A stretch of DNA of 64,000 bases from Eledone cirrhosa. Its lineage: Eukaryota. Positions 10,850 through 21,905 of the stretch are shown here, piece after piece. The stretch covers positions 358,546,001 to 358,610,000 of the forward strand of contig OZ024743.1 in NCBI GenBank assembly GCA_964016885.1, written 5' to 3'. The notes beneath the pieces were generated by a model. It did no database searches, was not told the origin of the DNA, and saw only the letters and a list, made by a program, of their open reading frames with translations. The translations under genes and the position numbers were made by a program. Position 1 is the first letter of the stretch; each line of letters starts with the position of its first letter.

Positions 10850-13800
10850 GTTCTCTTAATCTTTAGTACGGTAGTAATTTTTATGAGTTGTTTCCCTTGG
10901 CACTGCATTGTCTATTAAGGGGAGATTACTCATATGGTTCATTTTGCTGCTGCGTGCTGAAGGTTAAGCCTATTGTTTACAACCTTCAGAACATCATCCC
11001 AGCCCTAGTGTTCCTCGGACTTCAAACTAACTTGTCCAAGTCAGAGGTGATGTGAGTTACAGCAAAACTCAGTCCATTCCAACTGGGGCAAGTTGTACTG
11101 CTAGCTCGATGCTGGAAATGCTTTCCGGCTAGAGCTGCAAAACCGATTCCAAATGCTGAGTAACGAAGTGGAACAGCAACCGGAGCAAGAGTGGAACACG
11201 CTCAGGGCGGCGACGGTGAGGTTGCCAGGGAGCATCTCGGGTCGACCCGAAGACGCCATCGGGACTGGATCTCCAGCGGCACTCTTGAACTCGCAGAGAG
11301 GGCGAGAGTGGCCCGACTCAAGGGTGCATCCATTCTTCGAGATCTCCGACGTCACACATCTCGGGCTATTCGGGCTGATCGGAATGCACACTGGCGCGAG
11401 TTTGCAGAGCAGACGAAGAGGGCAGCAGCCTGTGGTGACTTGCGCAAGCTCCACCAACTGGTGAAGCGGGCCAGCCAAAGCAGTACGGGTATCAGCGAGA
11501 CGATCCGTGATCGGAACGAGGCGGTCATTACTAATCTTAATGACCGGCTAGTCCGATGGCGGGACCATTTCTCCGAGCTGCTCAACCACCCGCCACCATC
11601 CACGCCAACCTACGTGCAGCCTTCCGGAGAAGAATACGGGTGCAGCACTGCCCCTCCAATGGTCGAGGAGGTACGTGGTGTCCTGACACATCTCCGGAAC
11701 AACAAGGCGCCGGGCGAGGATGGTATTCCAGCTGATGTCTACAAGGCTGAACCTGATGTCTTCACAGCTTGGCTCCATCGAGTCTTCTCGGTGTGGGCGA
11801 CGGATGGTTCCCTGGTAACTGGAGCGAGGCAACTCTCCTACCCTTCAAAAGGGCGACAGGAAACTGTGTTCCAACTACAGGGGTATCAGTTTAATTGATG
11901 TTGCTGCCAAGACCTTCGCAATTCTTCTGCTAAAGAGGTTCCAGGCCATCCGTGATGTCTGTACCCGTCCTTCTCAGGGCAGCTTCCATCCGGGGAGGGG
12001 TTGTGTTCATCAAATCTTCATTCTCCGGCATGTCCTGGAACAACAGTGGGCACATCAACAGCCTACCATCCTCTGCTTCATTGAATTTGCAGCTGCCTTC
12101 GACTCGGTAGATTGGGAAGCCCTATGGCGTATAATGCAGTCAGACGGCATCCCAGTGAAGCTGCTTCGTCTCATACAGGGCTACTACCGGTCGACTCGGG
12201 CTCGAGTGAGGGTCTATGGTGGGGGGACAGTCGTTCGATGTTGGGACAGGTGTCCAGCAGGGGTGTGCGCTATCGCCAACTCTCTTTAACTACGCCATTG
12301 ACTACACTCACAGCGCTCTGGGATTACCCGGGCGTAGAGGTCGGGAGAGGGGTCGTGGTGACGGACCTGGCCTACGCGGATCACATCGTGCTGATGGGCG
12401 CTAACGGGACAGATGTAAAGGGTGCACACTGCAGCCGCCGCTGTTGGTCTACAAATCAATGCCGCCAAGTCAAAGGTCATGATGTCACTGGTCTCGCCTG
12501 ATGCCTGGCAGCCAATATCTCTCGAGGGCGTGGACCTGGGGGATGTGGAGTCCGTTTACCTGGGCTCAACAGTGGTTCCAACGGGACAGGGCGCAGCCGA
12601 GGTCAAGCGTCGCATAGGTGCTGCCAGATCCGCTTTTGGGCGCCTACAGCAGTGTCTGTGGGACAGAAGAGAGATCACCTCGGCGACCAAAGGGCGAATC
12701 TACCAGGCCGTCGTTCGCACTGTCCTCTATGGCTGTGAAACATGGCCTATGAGGGTAGTCAATCAATGAAGGCTGGAGGTCTTCGACAATGACTGTCTCC
12801 GCCACATTCTTCGCTGCCGACGCGTTGATCGGGTACCTACCACCAGTCTTCGTCTTCGCATGAATCTTCGACCGCTTCCTTCAGTGCTGCTGCAACGGCG
12901 CTTGAGATGGTTTGGTCACGCGGCCCGGCGCCCTGAGGGTGAACTGATCCGTGATGTTCTCCTACCTCCACTCCCTATATGGCGCAAGCGTGTTGGCGGG
13001 CAGCTGAAGACCTGGGCAACGACGATCAAGGAGGGCCTCTCCGAACTCTCAGGTCCGCAGGTGGTCGGCCTGCGCCAATGGAACCGTGACTGGCTTGCTA
13101 TCTCCAGTGACCTAGCCCGGGACCGTCGTACGTGGGCTGCCATCAGGACAAGAGAAGAAGCCGGCTCAACCCGTCCAGGGTGAATGTCGACACAAGTACA
13201 AGTAAGTTGTACTGCAAGGGATGATGCTAACATTCTCAACTCTCTAATCTTGAAAGTCATATGAGAATGTCTGGAGGCCAAATAAGCTAACCTAGCAAGG
13301 ACGATAGATTATGTCTCATCAATGTGCATCACATGTTATTCCTCCTGAGGAACTGCTTCACCCTCTCCAAACCTCTCTTTATGTTGTGCAGTACACCTCA
13401 TCATCCTCATGTGGGATATCTGAGCAAACTTGATGCTATCTTCTGTCGCTGCACCAAACTTATTTGCAATGTTAGTTTCAACAATGCCAGCTAACAACAT
13501 GAGAAATTCTCCATGAGGTCCAGTAGTCTAGGCCTCCGTGCAAAATCTGACCTTGCCCTACCGGTCTATCAATCATTCATCATCTGGTGCCCTCGCATGA
13601 GTGAAGTTCTCTGCAAGACATTGGAACCAAATGCAGACTAGGAACTTGAGCCAGCTCTGACTATTTGTGTTGATGGCCTTGCTGTCTTCCTGTATGCAGG
13701 ATACCTATACTACTGGGATGACATTAGGTGCATTTCAACCTGAATGTGAATTGAGTCTTCCTTTAACCAACACAGTCTAGTCTGCCTTGCAATCAAACAG

Positions 13801-14250
13801 CGGCACATGGCTTGATTAGGTGTCCTCCTCTACCCATTGCACCCACATCTGTGAGCCATATAAATGCCGTTGTGGGGCCATGGTTGACAAGTTTAGACTT
13901 CATTTGCTCTTTTGTTGCCACAGCGTGCCACCTCATATGAATTCACTAGAAGGAGCCTTGACGCAACCAATTTCCCATTACAACTGGAGCTTGACAGCCT
14001 CAACTGAGGCAAAGGTAAGTGTCCAGACAGGATAATCCTTTTCCTATCTGAAGATTGTAAATCTCTAATCTGAGCACAGCCACCTGTAATGCAATCTATC
14101 CATCATCCTTGCTAGGTCAGCTTCATTCTTATATATCTTTTGAGGGGATTGGAGAACCAAGAATGTAAGCATCGTCCTTGGCAATACAATGTGCCCCAGT
14201 TGGAATAGACTGACTACTTTTCATGCCAGTCATCATTGAGACCTCTGATA
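10850..14250 (+). mobile_element. Decayed CRE-clade-like non-LTR element (RT end, Cys/His knuckle, RLE-like region), interrupted by an RTE LINE
   Basis: GLQTNLSKSEV (~11017), LGLRAKSDLALPVY (~13530), CEPYKCRCGAMVDKFRLHLLFCC (~13850), GKCPD (KRPD-like, ~14015). Confidence 0.6.
11102..13203 (+). mobile_element. 5'-truncated GC-rich RTE-clade LINE with 12-bp TSD
   Basis: TSD aagttgtactgc at 11090-11101 and 13204-13215; empty site in units B (~38198) and C (~50310); motifs NNKAPGEDGIP, GVQQGCALSPTLFN, DLAYADHI, LYGCETW, RLRWFGHAARR; (caagta)n tail; frameshifted. Confidence 0.93.
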
Positions 14251-14627
14251 TCCTCAGTCCCCAGAATGCTATTTTCCTCTGAAAAATTTGGTGGAGTGTA
14301 TCCTGCCTGAGAAAGATGTCCTGTGAGGTGGAATGGCTGATACAGCGGATTCCTCAGGTTTTCTCCACAACAATGCTTATGCCATCTTGTCTGTGGTGTA
14401 CAGTTGAAATATACCACATAGACAGCTGTATAATGCCTGCCCCAGTCTTCCTCCTTCCCCTTTTCTTGTTTATTATACAAAATATTTATGTAAATAAAAT
14501 TTGATTCCAATTAATAACATTTTTTGTAATGTTTAATTATTTCTGAAGTATGGAATATATTATTTTAATTTATTTTAATATAAATGTTTACAAGTTACAA
14601 TTGTTAAATAATTCTGTAAGTAATAAT

Positions 14628-14717
14628 TGTTTCTACTTTAGGCACAAGGCCAGCAATTACCCAGTGCATCACTGGTACTTTATTTTTATCGACCCCGTAA
14701 GGATGAAAGGTAAAGTC
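14628..14717 (-). mobile_element. 5'-truncated MetaSINE-like SINE with TSD
   Basis: TSD gtaagtaataat at 14616-14627 and 14718-14729; core ttttatcgaccccgtaaggatgaaagg. Confidence 0.8.
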
Positions 14718-15039
14718 GTAAGTAATAATCATCATTTAACATCCTTGATGCCAAGAATTAGATGGGTTGTCACAGAGCAAGTCAGTATTTAATCAGAGCC
14801 ACTAATCTCTCAGACGGATTGGAGTCTCATCTCACATACATTCTCGCACTCTACAGATTACCCTGTGCATTTTATTTTGACATTAAGGAGGTCATTATAA
14901 CCTTGACACAACTGAGAGTGGAAGATGTCTAAATAAAGGGCTTTTTAGGTGAAATTCGTTCAACATCACAATATTGTATCCATTGCTATAAGCAAGGGCA
15001 ACAGGATGAAATAGCTCACTATGCAGTCACAAAGCACTA

Positions 15040-15760
15040 TAACATTTTCAAATATATTGTCTGTGTCTGCCAAGAGAGAAGTGTGTAGTGGTGGTGTTTG
15101 CTCTGACCTAGATGTGTGGAGGTGGTGTCTGCTCTGTCCCAGTGCATAGGTTCCTGCAGGTTTCTGATGCTTTCTTACCTTTTTTAAAATACAAAAGCAT
15201 GATTTTTGAGGGTTAAGATAAATGCACAAAATACAACCAATCTTGTCAGAGTTTCGCTATGAGCTACTTAGAAGTATCAAGTATCTAATGAGTGCATACT
15301 CGGGAGGAACAAAGTAAAGTTAGCAACTATGAGAGTGTCTTAAGTTTAGTATTGGCAAATACTAAATTGGTGACCAAATTAATGGAGGTGGGTGTTCTGA
15401 AAATGCAGTAGCCAGAGTGAAAATGGGATGGAAAATATTTGAGAAGCTAGCTACAAAAGGTTTTTCCTTCAAAATGAAAGGCAGATTGTATGATGCTTTT
15501 GTACAAACAGCAATGCTGTATGGAAGTGAGACCTGGGTGTTATGTGCAGAGGACCTGTGAAGATAGAAAAAAAAATGATGCTGGCACGTTTCAATGGATG
15601 TGTTATAATGATATACATAAACAGCAAGGCATCAATGAACTGAGAGAGAAACTGAGAATAAGAAGGATCAGATGTGGTGTACAGAGGAGGAGATTGCAGT
15701 GGTGTAGCCATGTGATGTGTATGGAGGACGACAGCTGTAAAAGGACAGAGATCTCTGGCA
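15040..15760 (+). mobile_element. Decayed RTE LINE 3' fragment
   Basis: AMLYGSETW (gcaatgctgtatggaagtgagacctgg); ELREKLRIRRIRCGVQRRRLQWCSHVMCMEDD. Confidence 0.75.
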
Positions 15761-16829
15761 GTATGCCGTACTGCAGAAGACTTGCATTCCCATGTGTACA
15801 GGATGAAGCCAACAACTAGGGCACTACTCTGCACCCCCAACCCCACCCCAGATACTTTGCCACATCTTCATACTCATCTATCTCCTTTCACCAGCTAAGT
15901 ATCCCAGTTATCCCGACCTTACACCCCAACACAAACCTCCCCTATTTTCATCTTGCATACACATTCACCTCTCCCCAACCTCCGCCTTCCATACCCGTTG
16001 ATATACCTCTCCAATACAAGCATGGAAACCTGGACATGCTTCACATCTCTTCCACAGTCCTGCTGCTATGACAAAAAATACTTAATCTACCCTGTAAGGT
16101 ATTGGTGACACGCAAAAAGTACCCAGTTAACCATGTAAATAAGGTGGCCGCGATGAAAAAACATCCAGCCAACGCTGTAATGTAGTTGGCGTTAGGAAGG
16201 GCATTTCGCCGTAGAAACCAAGCTAGAAACAGTTCTGTATAAACAAGATATGATCACCTGGCCTATCTTGTGTCATAACGTGACAACCTGTACCTATGCA
16301 AGCATGGATAATAGACCAGACCTGCCAACCTCTAAACACCCAAACGGAGAGTACTATGAAAAAATGAGCCCCAAAATGGGGAGATTTTACATAATGAAAG
16401 CTATACCAATTTTCACAACAGAAGACATCTCTCACCCACCCCAGAGCGGGTGGGAAATCTCCCCGTCGGACGTGGAGAGTTGACAGGTCTGATAGATGAC
16501 AATCAGCGAAGTGACATTTTGCTTCACACACACATGCACCCAATTATACGCCACATAATTTTTTAACAGGCCAACACACAATTCTAAACTAATCTTCTCC
16601 CATGGCCCTACATCTTCGTTTAAAACAATGGCCAAAATATAAATTAAGGTAAGTTAAATCTTCTTTTAAAAGGGATAGTATAAATGCCTAATTTTCATCA
16701 TTTGTTACTTTACAATTGTTTTCTAGAAGAAATATCGTAGCTTTTCAATACCAAATCGTTGTTTATTTAAAAAAATGTCATCATTATCTTTTGCAGGAAG
16801 CTCTTTTAATTTATGTTCTAAAGACCAGC

Positions 16830-17010
16830 TTAATAATTGTTTCTACTTTAGGTACAAAGCCAGCAATTTGAAGGGGAGTGGAAAGTTGATTAATCGAACC
16901 AGTGTATTATTTGTGCTTTATTTTATCGATAAGGACGAAAGGCAAAGCTAACCTTGGCTGGATTTGAACTCAGAACATATAGGGCCGTAACTCTATATTG
17001 CAAAGCATGC
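16830..17010 (-). mobile_element. MetaSINE-like SINE
   Basis: aataattgtttctactttagg...ttttatcgataaggacgaaaggcaaag...gatttgaactcag. Confidence 0.7.
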
Positions 17011-17504
17011 TGAGAATATAATATATATTACCAAATCCCGCCAATTTTTTTTTTTATATTTCCAAAATGACTTGAAAATCTCAGCATGTCTAATCAGAGG
17101 TAAACATAAATTGTAAAAGGTGAAACTGTTAGCTGAAAAGCGAACTAGAAATAGTTGTCACAGCTTAAACTTTCACCCATTCTTTATGGTTCTGTTTTTC
17201 TAATTTATTCATTTTGTAACCATATTCACCTAACTTTAACATGGAGTTGAGTCACAGAAATATTCGTTATTATAGAATGTTTTCTTAAAGTAATTTTATT
17301 ATTTATTAATTCAGCTGATACTGGCAAAAGATATTTTAAAAACGCTTACTCGGGATTACTGAAACGAAAAGGGTGAAACGAAAAATTTGAAAAAAAAAAA
17401 AAGTGTTTGTAGTTCTTGTTTACATTAACAGGAACATTAGAATTTATAGTAGTGACGATGTGAGAGTGTAAAACATATTTGACAATCTTACTCCAATGTC
17501 TTTT

Positions 17505-17521
17505 AACATCCGGTCAGCCAT
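17505..17521 (+). promoter_or_regulatory. Putative ZNF3 promoter motif
   Basis: aacatccggtcagccat, with a possible donor cag|gtgga about 35 bp downstream. Confidence 0.6.
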
Positions 17522-17989
17522 GTTTCACTGTTCCTTTGTTGTATTTAGAGACACAGGTGGAGGGAGAAAGGTCGAATGATGTGCCTTTGTGTATTTAGGG
17601 ATAAAACATACAGAAAAATGTGTTCGTGCGATAGAACAGATAGATGGTGATATATTGTGGTAAGCTAGCTTTCGTTTGACCTAGATAGTTATGTTGGTTG
17701 TTTAACGACTGTTGAGCGAAGAACAGACATTCTTTATTATTGTTTAACTCCATCCCCACTGCCTCTGACCAACTCTGATTCAACAGACCTATGATGGATC
17801 CTCCGACGTTTTTCGGTAATGAGAATACAAGTTGTTCAATCAATTGAACGTCCAAATCACGAATCGACGCTTAAGTGGTCCAGTATTCCATAACCCAGTG
17901 TATCTTTGATGTAATTTCCAAGTCGAAACAGCGTCACTCAATATGTGACAAAGCCAAACCTTTGAATTATCGATATAATCCATCCGACA

Positions 17990-18135
17990 GGCTTCCACAA
18001 TTTCCACCTACCCAATTTCACTCGCAATGTTTGGCTCAACCCTAAAGTTATGCTTGAAATACTTGTTCAAGATGCCACGCAGTGTGATGATCGAACCCGG
18101 GACTTCATTATTGTGAAGCAAAGTTCTTAACTATT
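17990..18135 (-). mobile_element. tRNA-derived SINE (second family)
   Basis: Reverse complement reads tagttaagaac...ccgggttcgatc (A/B-box-like). Confidence 0.6.
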
Positions 18136-18309
18136 CATACAGTGTCTCTTGGATTTGGCTGCTATTTCTAACTGGTAATGTGATCACATACAGGCTCATC
18201 TTAAATAAAACTTCGCAGACTTTTTATATTTTGGCATGACTAAACATAAAAGCAATATGTATGTGTGTACAGATGTATGTGAGAGTGTATATATATATAT
18301 ATATATGTG

Positions 18310-18560
18310 TGTATGGTTAAGAAGTTCGCGTTGCAATCATTGGGTCCCGGGTTCGATCTCACTGTGTGGCATTTTTGGTAAATGTCATTTTCCAGAGCTT
18401 GAAGTTGACCTATGTCCTGTGAGTGAAATTGTGTTGACGGGATATATTTGAAATCGCGTCGGATGGACTGTACCTGTATTTTAAAAGGCCAACCTTGTCA
18501 CACGTTGCGTCCCGTTGAATCTCCAAGAGAATTGTATTAAAAGTACACATGTCTGTACAA
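18310..18560 (+). mobile_element. tRNA-derived SINE (second family)
   Basis: tggttaagaag...gggttcgatctcactgtgtggca; related to ~61289-61620 and ~63760-63920. Confidence 0.6.
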
Positions 18561-18715
18561 AGCTTCAGTTTCATTTACTATTGAGTGGGCCTCAATTTAT
18601 TTAGCAATGTTTCGTCCTATTCTTTTTCTTTAACTATCTTTTAACTTCCACAGCAATTCTATTTTCTTTCTTCAGAATTCTAAACATGTTCTAATATGCA
18701 ACTCAAGTTTTGCTT

Positions 18716-18874
18716 TAACACTTTTGATACCAAACTGACTGAAACTTGGCCCTGGTTCTATGATACAAAAATTGCTTATTTTAAATTGTTTGTCAGCTGC
18801 TTTATAAGTAAAAGTTATCGTCTATTACTAATTATTTTCCAAATTCATTAGAAATATGGTAACAAAAAGATTCA
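18716..18874. mobile_element. piggyBac-like MITE (TTAA-ended), degenerate
   Basis: ttaacacttttgatacc...tagaaatatggtaacaaaa; reverse-complement match to 62781-63015. Confidence 0.45.
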
Positions 18875-18960
18875 TTTGTTCCATAATATTTTAAATTGGG
18901 TAAATTTATCATTTTTAATGAACATTGCAAATGCAATACATAAACAGATATTAGTCACAT

Positions 18961-19144
18961 TGCCAGTATCGGTAGAGGGTCGGACGCCATGCTTTGCAGC
19001 ACAGAGTTACGACTCTTTACGGTCTGAGTTCAAATCCCGCCGAGGTTCACTTTGCCTTTCATACTTACATGGTCGATAAAATAAAGCACCAGTAATGCAC
19101 TGGGATAATTGCTGGCCTTGTGCCAAAAGAGGAAACAATTATTA
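18961..19144 (+). mobile_element. MetaSINE-like tRNA-derived SINE
   Basis: gagttcaaatcccgccgagg B-box; gcctttcat...ggtcgataaaataaag core; aaacaattatta tail. Confidence 0.8.
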
Positions 19145-19748
19145 CATCATATCACTGTCAATGATATATGTTACACATATCACTATTGAAGGTTCATCAT
19201 ACAGTCACATTACATAATGACATAGTACTACAGTCGATGACATCTTACAGTCATGTTACATAGTATCACTGTTGATGACTCATCTTACAGTCACATTAAA
19301 TAATATCACTGACGATGATATGTTTTACTTTCAATTACATGCTATGATTGGTTTTCATTAATTTCATGCTAAGATTGTTTTTTTTTTAATTACAGGGCAT
19401 TTGTGTTGAAAAAATGTGGAATTCCATGAGATGATGTAGTCATTGAACAATATTCAGTAAAATAAAAATGTGTAGTATTTATTGAAGTTATGCAAAACAC
19501 TTTTCTACTGTAGATAGTTATAACATGCCTAACATTACTGAGAAGTCATTTCATTATATACATAGACACATATATATGTATATGTGTGTGGGTGTGTATA
19601 TCTTAAATTGATAGAAACCACGTGATGGAGACAAGGACATTCTAAGTTCTACATCAACCGATTCTAATTGTAGAATCTGTTTAAAGAGGCACCTTGTCCT
19701 CAGACAAAAATATGAAGAAACAGTTGTTAGATCTTTATTATTCTGACA

Positions 19749-21362
19749 ATGTTTGAACCAGAAGAGAAACCTTACAGGTGTGATATCTGTGGGAATCTGT
19801 TTCCTATAAAGACTAACTTTGATGCTCATAAATGCAATCAGAAAAGTAAAAAGGTATACTATTGTGAATATTGTAGGAAAGCCTTTTATCGAAAATGTAC
19901 ATTAACAGATCATACACGTATTCACACAGGAGAAAAACCCTATCACTGTGAAATCTGTGGGAAGGCATTTTCTTTTAGTAGTAATTTGTCACGTCATATA
20001 CGTATTCACACAGGAGAAAAACCACATAACTGTGAAATCTGTGGGAAAGCATTTTCTTGTAATAGCACACTCTCATATCATAAACGCATTCACACAGGGA
20101 AACTACCGCATCACTGTCAAATCTGTGGGAAAGGATTTTCTTTTGTGAGTAAGTTAACTATTCATGTACGTATTCATACTGGAGAAAAACCCTACAATTG
20201 TGAAATTTGTGGTAAAGCTTTTTCTTGTAATAATAAATTGACATATCACAAACGTATTCACACGGGAGAAAAACCCTACCACTGTGAAATTTGTGGAAAA
20301 GCATTTATTTTCAATAATCATTTAGCTTATCATAAACGAACTCACACGGGAGAAAAACCATACCAGTGCAAAATTTGTGGTAAAGCATTTTCTTGTGGTA
20401 GTTACTTAAAGGATCATAAGCGTATACATACAGGAGAGAAACCATATGCTTGTGAGATCTGTGGGAAAGCATTTTCACGTAGTACACTGCTGTCAAGTCA
20501 TAAGCACAAGCATACTGGAAGAACACCATATCACTGTGGATTTTGTGGGAAAACATTCTCTCTGCAAAGTCAGTTATCCCTTCATAAAATCATTCACACA
20601 GGGAATGAACCATACTCTTGTGAAGTTTGTGGGAAAACATTTTCTTTAAAGAGTAGATTAACTTTTCATAAAGTTGTTCACACAGTAGAAAGGCCACTGG
20701 ATGGTGAGAATTGTGGAAAAACACTTTTAAAAACAGCTCAGTTGGAAGATCAAGAGATTATAATGACTGAAAAAGTTTACTGTTGTGAAATATGTGGAAA
20801 AATATTTTCTCGTAGCAGTAATTTAGCAGCTCATAGACGTCTTCATACAGGAGAAAATCTTTATCATTGTGAAATATGTGGGAAAACATTTTCTTGTAAT
20901 AGTAAATTGACTGATCATAAATGGAGTCACACAGGTGAAAAACCATACCATTGTGAAATATGTGAGAAATCATTTTCTCGAAAGTCTAATCTATCTCGTC
21001 ATAAACGTACTCATACTGGTGAAAAACCATACCAATGTGAATTTTGTGAGAAAGCATTTCATAGAAAGTGTCACTTATCAGAACACACACGTATTCATAC
21101 AGGAGAAAAACCATACCAGTGTGAAATTTGTGACAAAGCATTTTATAGAAAAGACCACTTAGCAGAGCATACACGTATTCACACGGGAGAAAAACCATAT
21201 CAGTGTGAAATATGTGATAAAGCTTTTTCTAGTAGCAGTCACTTATCATATCATATACGCATTCACACAGGAGAAAAACCATACCGATGTGAAATTTGTA
21301 GTGAAGCTTTTTCTAGGAACAGAAATTTAATACGTCATAAACAAATTCACACGAGAAAATAA
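19749..21362 (+). CDS. Poly-C2H2 zinc finger protein (ZNF3-A): 17 canonical fingers, one N-terminal C2HC-like, one dead internal finger
   Basis: 537-aa intact ORF; putative acceptor tttttttaattacag|g at 19395. Confidence 0.93.
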   Translation: MFEPEEKPYRCDICGNLFPIKTNFDAHKCNQKSKKVYYCEYCRKAFYRKCTLTDHTRIHTGEKPYHCEICGKAFSFSSNLSRHIRIHTGEKPHNCEICGKAFSCNSTLSYHKRIHTGKLPHHCQICGKGFSFVSKLTIHVRIHTGEKPYNCEICGKAFSCNNKLTYHKRIHTGEKPYHCEICGKAFIFNNHLAYHKRTHTGEKPYQCKICGKAFSCGSYLKDHKRIHTGEKPYACEICGKAFSRSTLLSSHKHKHTGRTPYHCGFCGKTFSLQSQLSLHKIIHTGNEPYSCEVCGKTFSLKSRLTFHKVVHTVERPLDGENCGKTLLKTAQLEDQEIIMTEKVYCCEICGKIFSRSSNLAAHRRLHTGENLYHCEICGKTFSCNSKLTDHKWSHTGEKPYHCEICEKSFSRKSNLSRHKRTHTGEKPYQCEFCEKAFHRKCHLSEHTRIHTGEKPYQCEICDKAFYRKDHLAEHTRIHTGEKPYQCEICDKAFSSSSHLSYHIRIHTGEKPYRCEICSEAFSRNRNLIRHKQIHTRK

Positions 21363-21639
21363 ACAACTATAAAAATTATGAAAGTGCCTTCTCATTTAGA
21401 TAGAGAATTGTGCATTGGAATTTGTGATATATTTTTTCTAAATGCAAGGATAATTATGTCATTTACCAATCTACTTTTTAAATTTTCTTTTATATTTTAT
21501 ATAAATTAAAATAAAACTAATTTATTAGGTAAATTTTAGTGAGACACACACATGTACCAGATCCAAATACAGAAAGTTAACTCCCACTGTCACTGCCTCT
21601 GTCTCTCCCCATCTCATTATTATGGGCAAATGGGGAGGG

Positions 21640-21905
21640 GAATTAGATATAGAGTGCAGGAGAGAAGACTGCTGGTATGGATGGACATGTGATGCATATG
21701 AGTGATGGTTGTTGTAAAGAAGTGCCAAGAAATCCCAGTGGAAGGAAGCTGCAGCAGAGGGAGATCAAGGAACATCTGGATGGAAGTTTTAATAGCTGAT
21801 CTCAAATTGCTGAAGCTTACAGAGGAGATGAAAGGATGCTTTGCTGGAAATGATTTGTCCAACCCATGCAAGCATGGAAAAGCTGACAAAACAATGATGA
21901 TGATT
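21640..21905 (+). mobile_element. RTE LINE 3' remnant with (ATG)n tail
   Basis: KKCQEIPVEGSCSRGRSRNIW...LTEEM; ccatgcaagcatggaaaa...atgatgatgat. Confidence 0.7.

Noticed and set aside
19145-19330. Degenerate tandem repeats (catatcactg/tacagtcac); similar case at 5765-5900
   Set aside because: Low-complexity decayed minisatellites with no evidence of function
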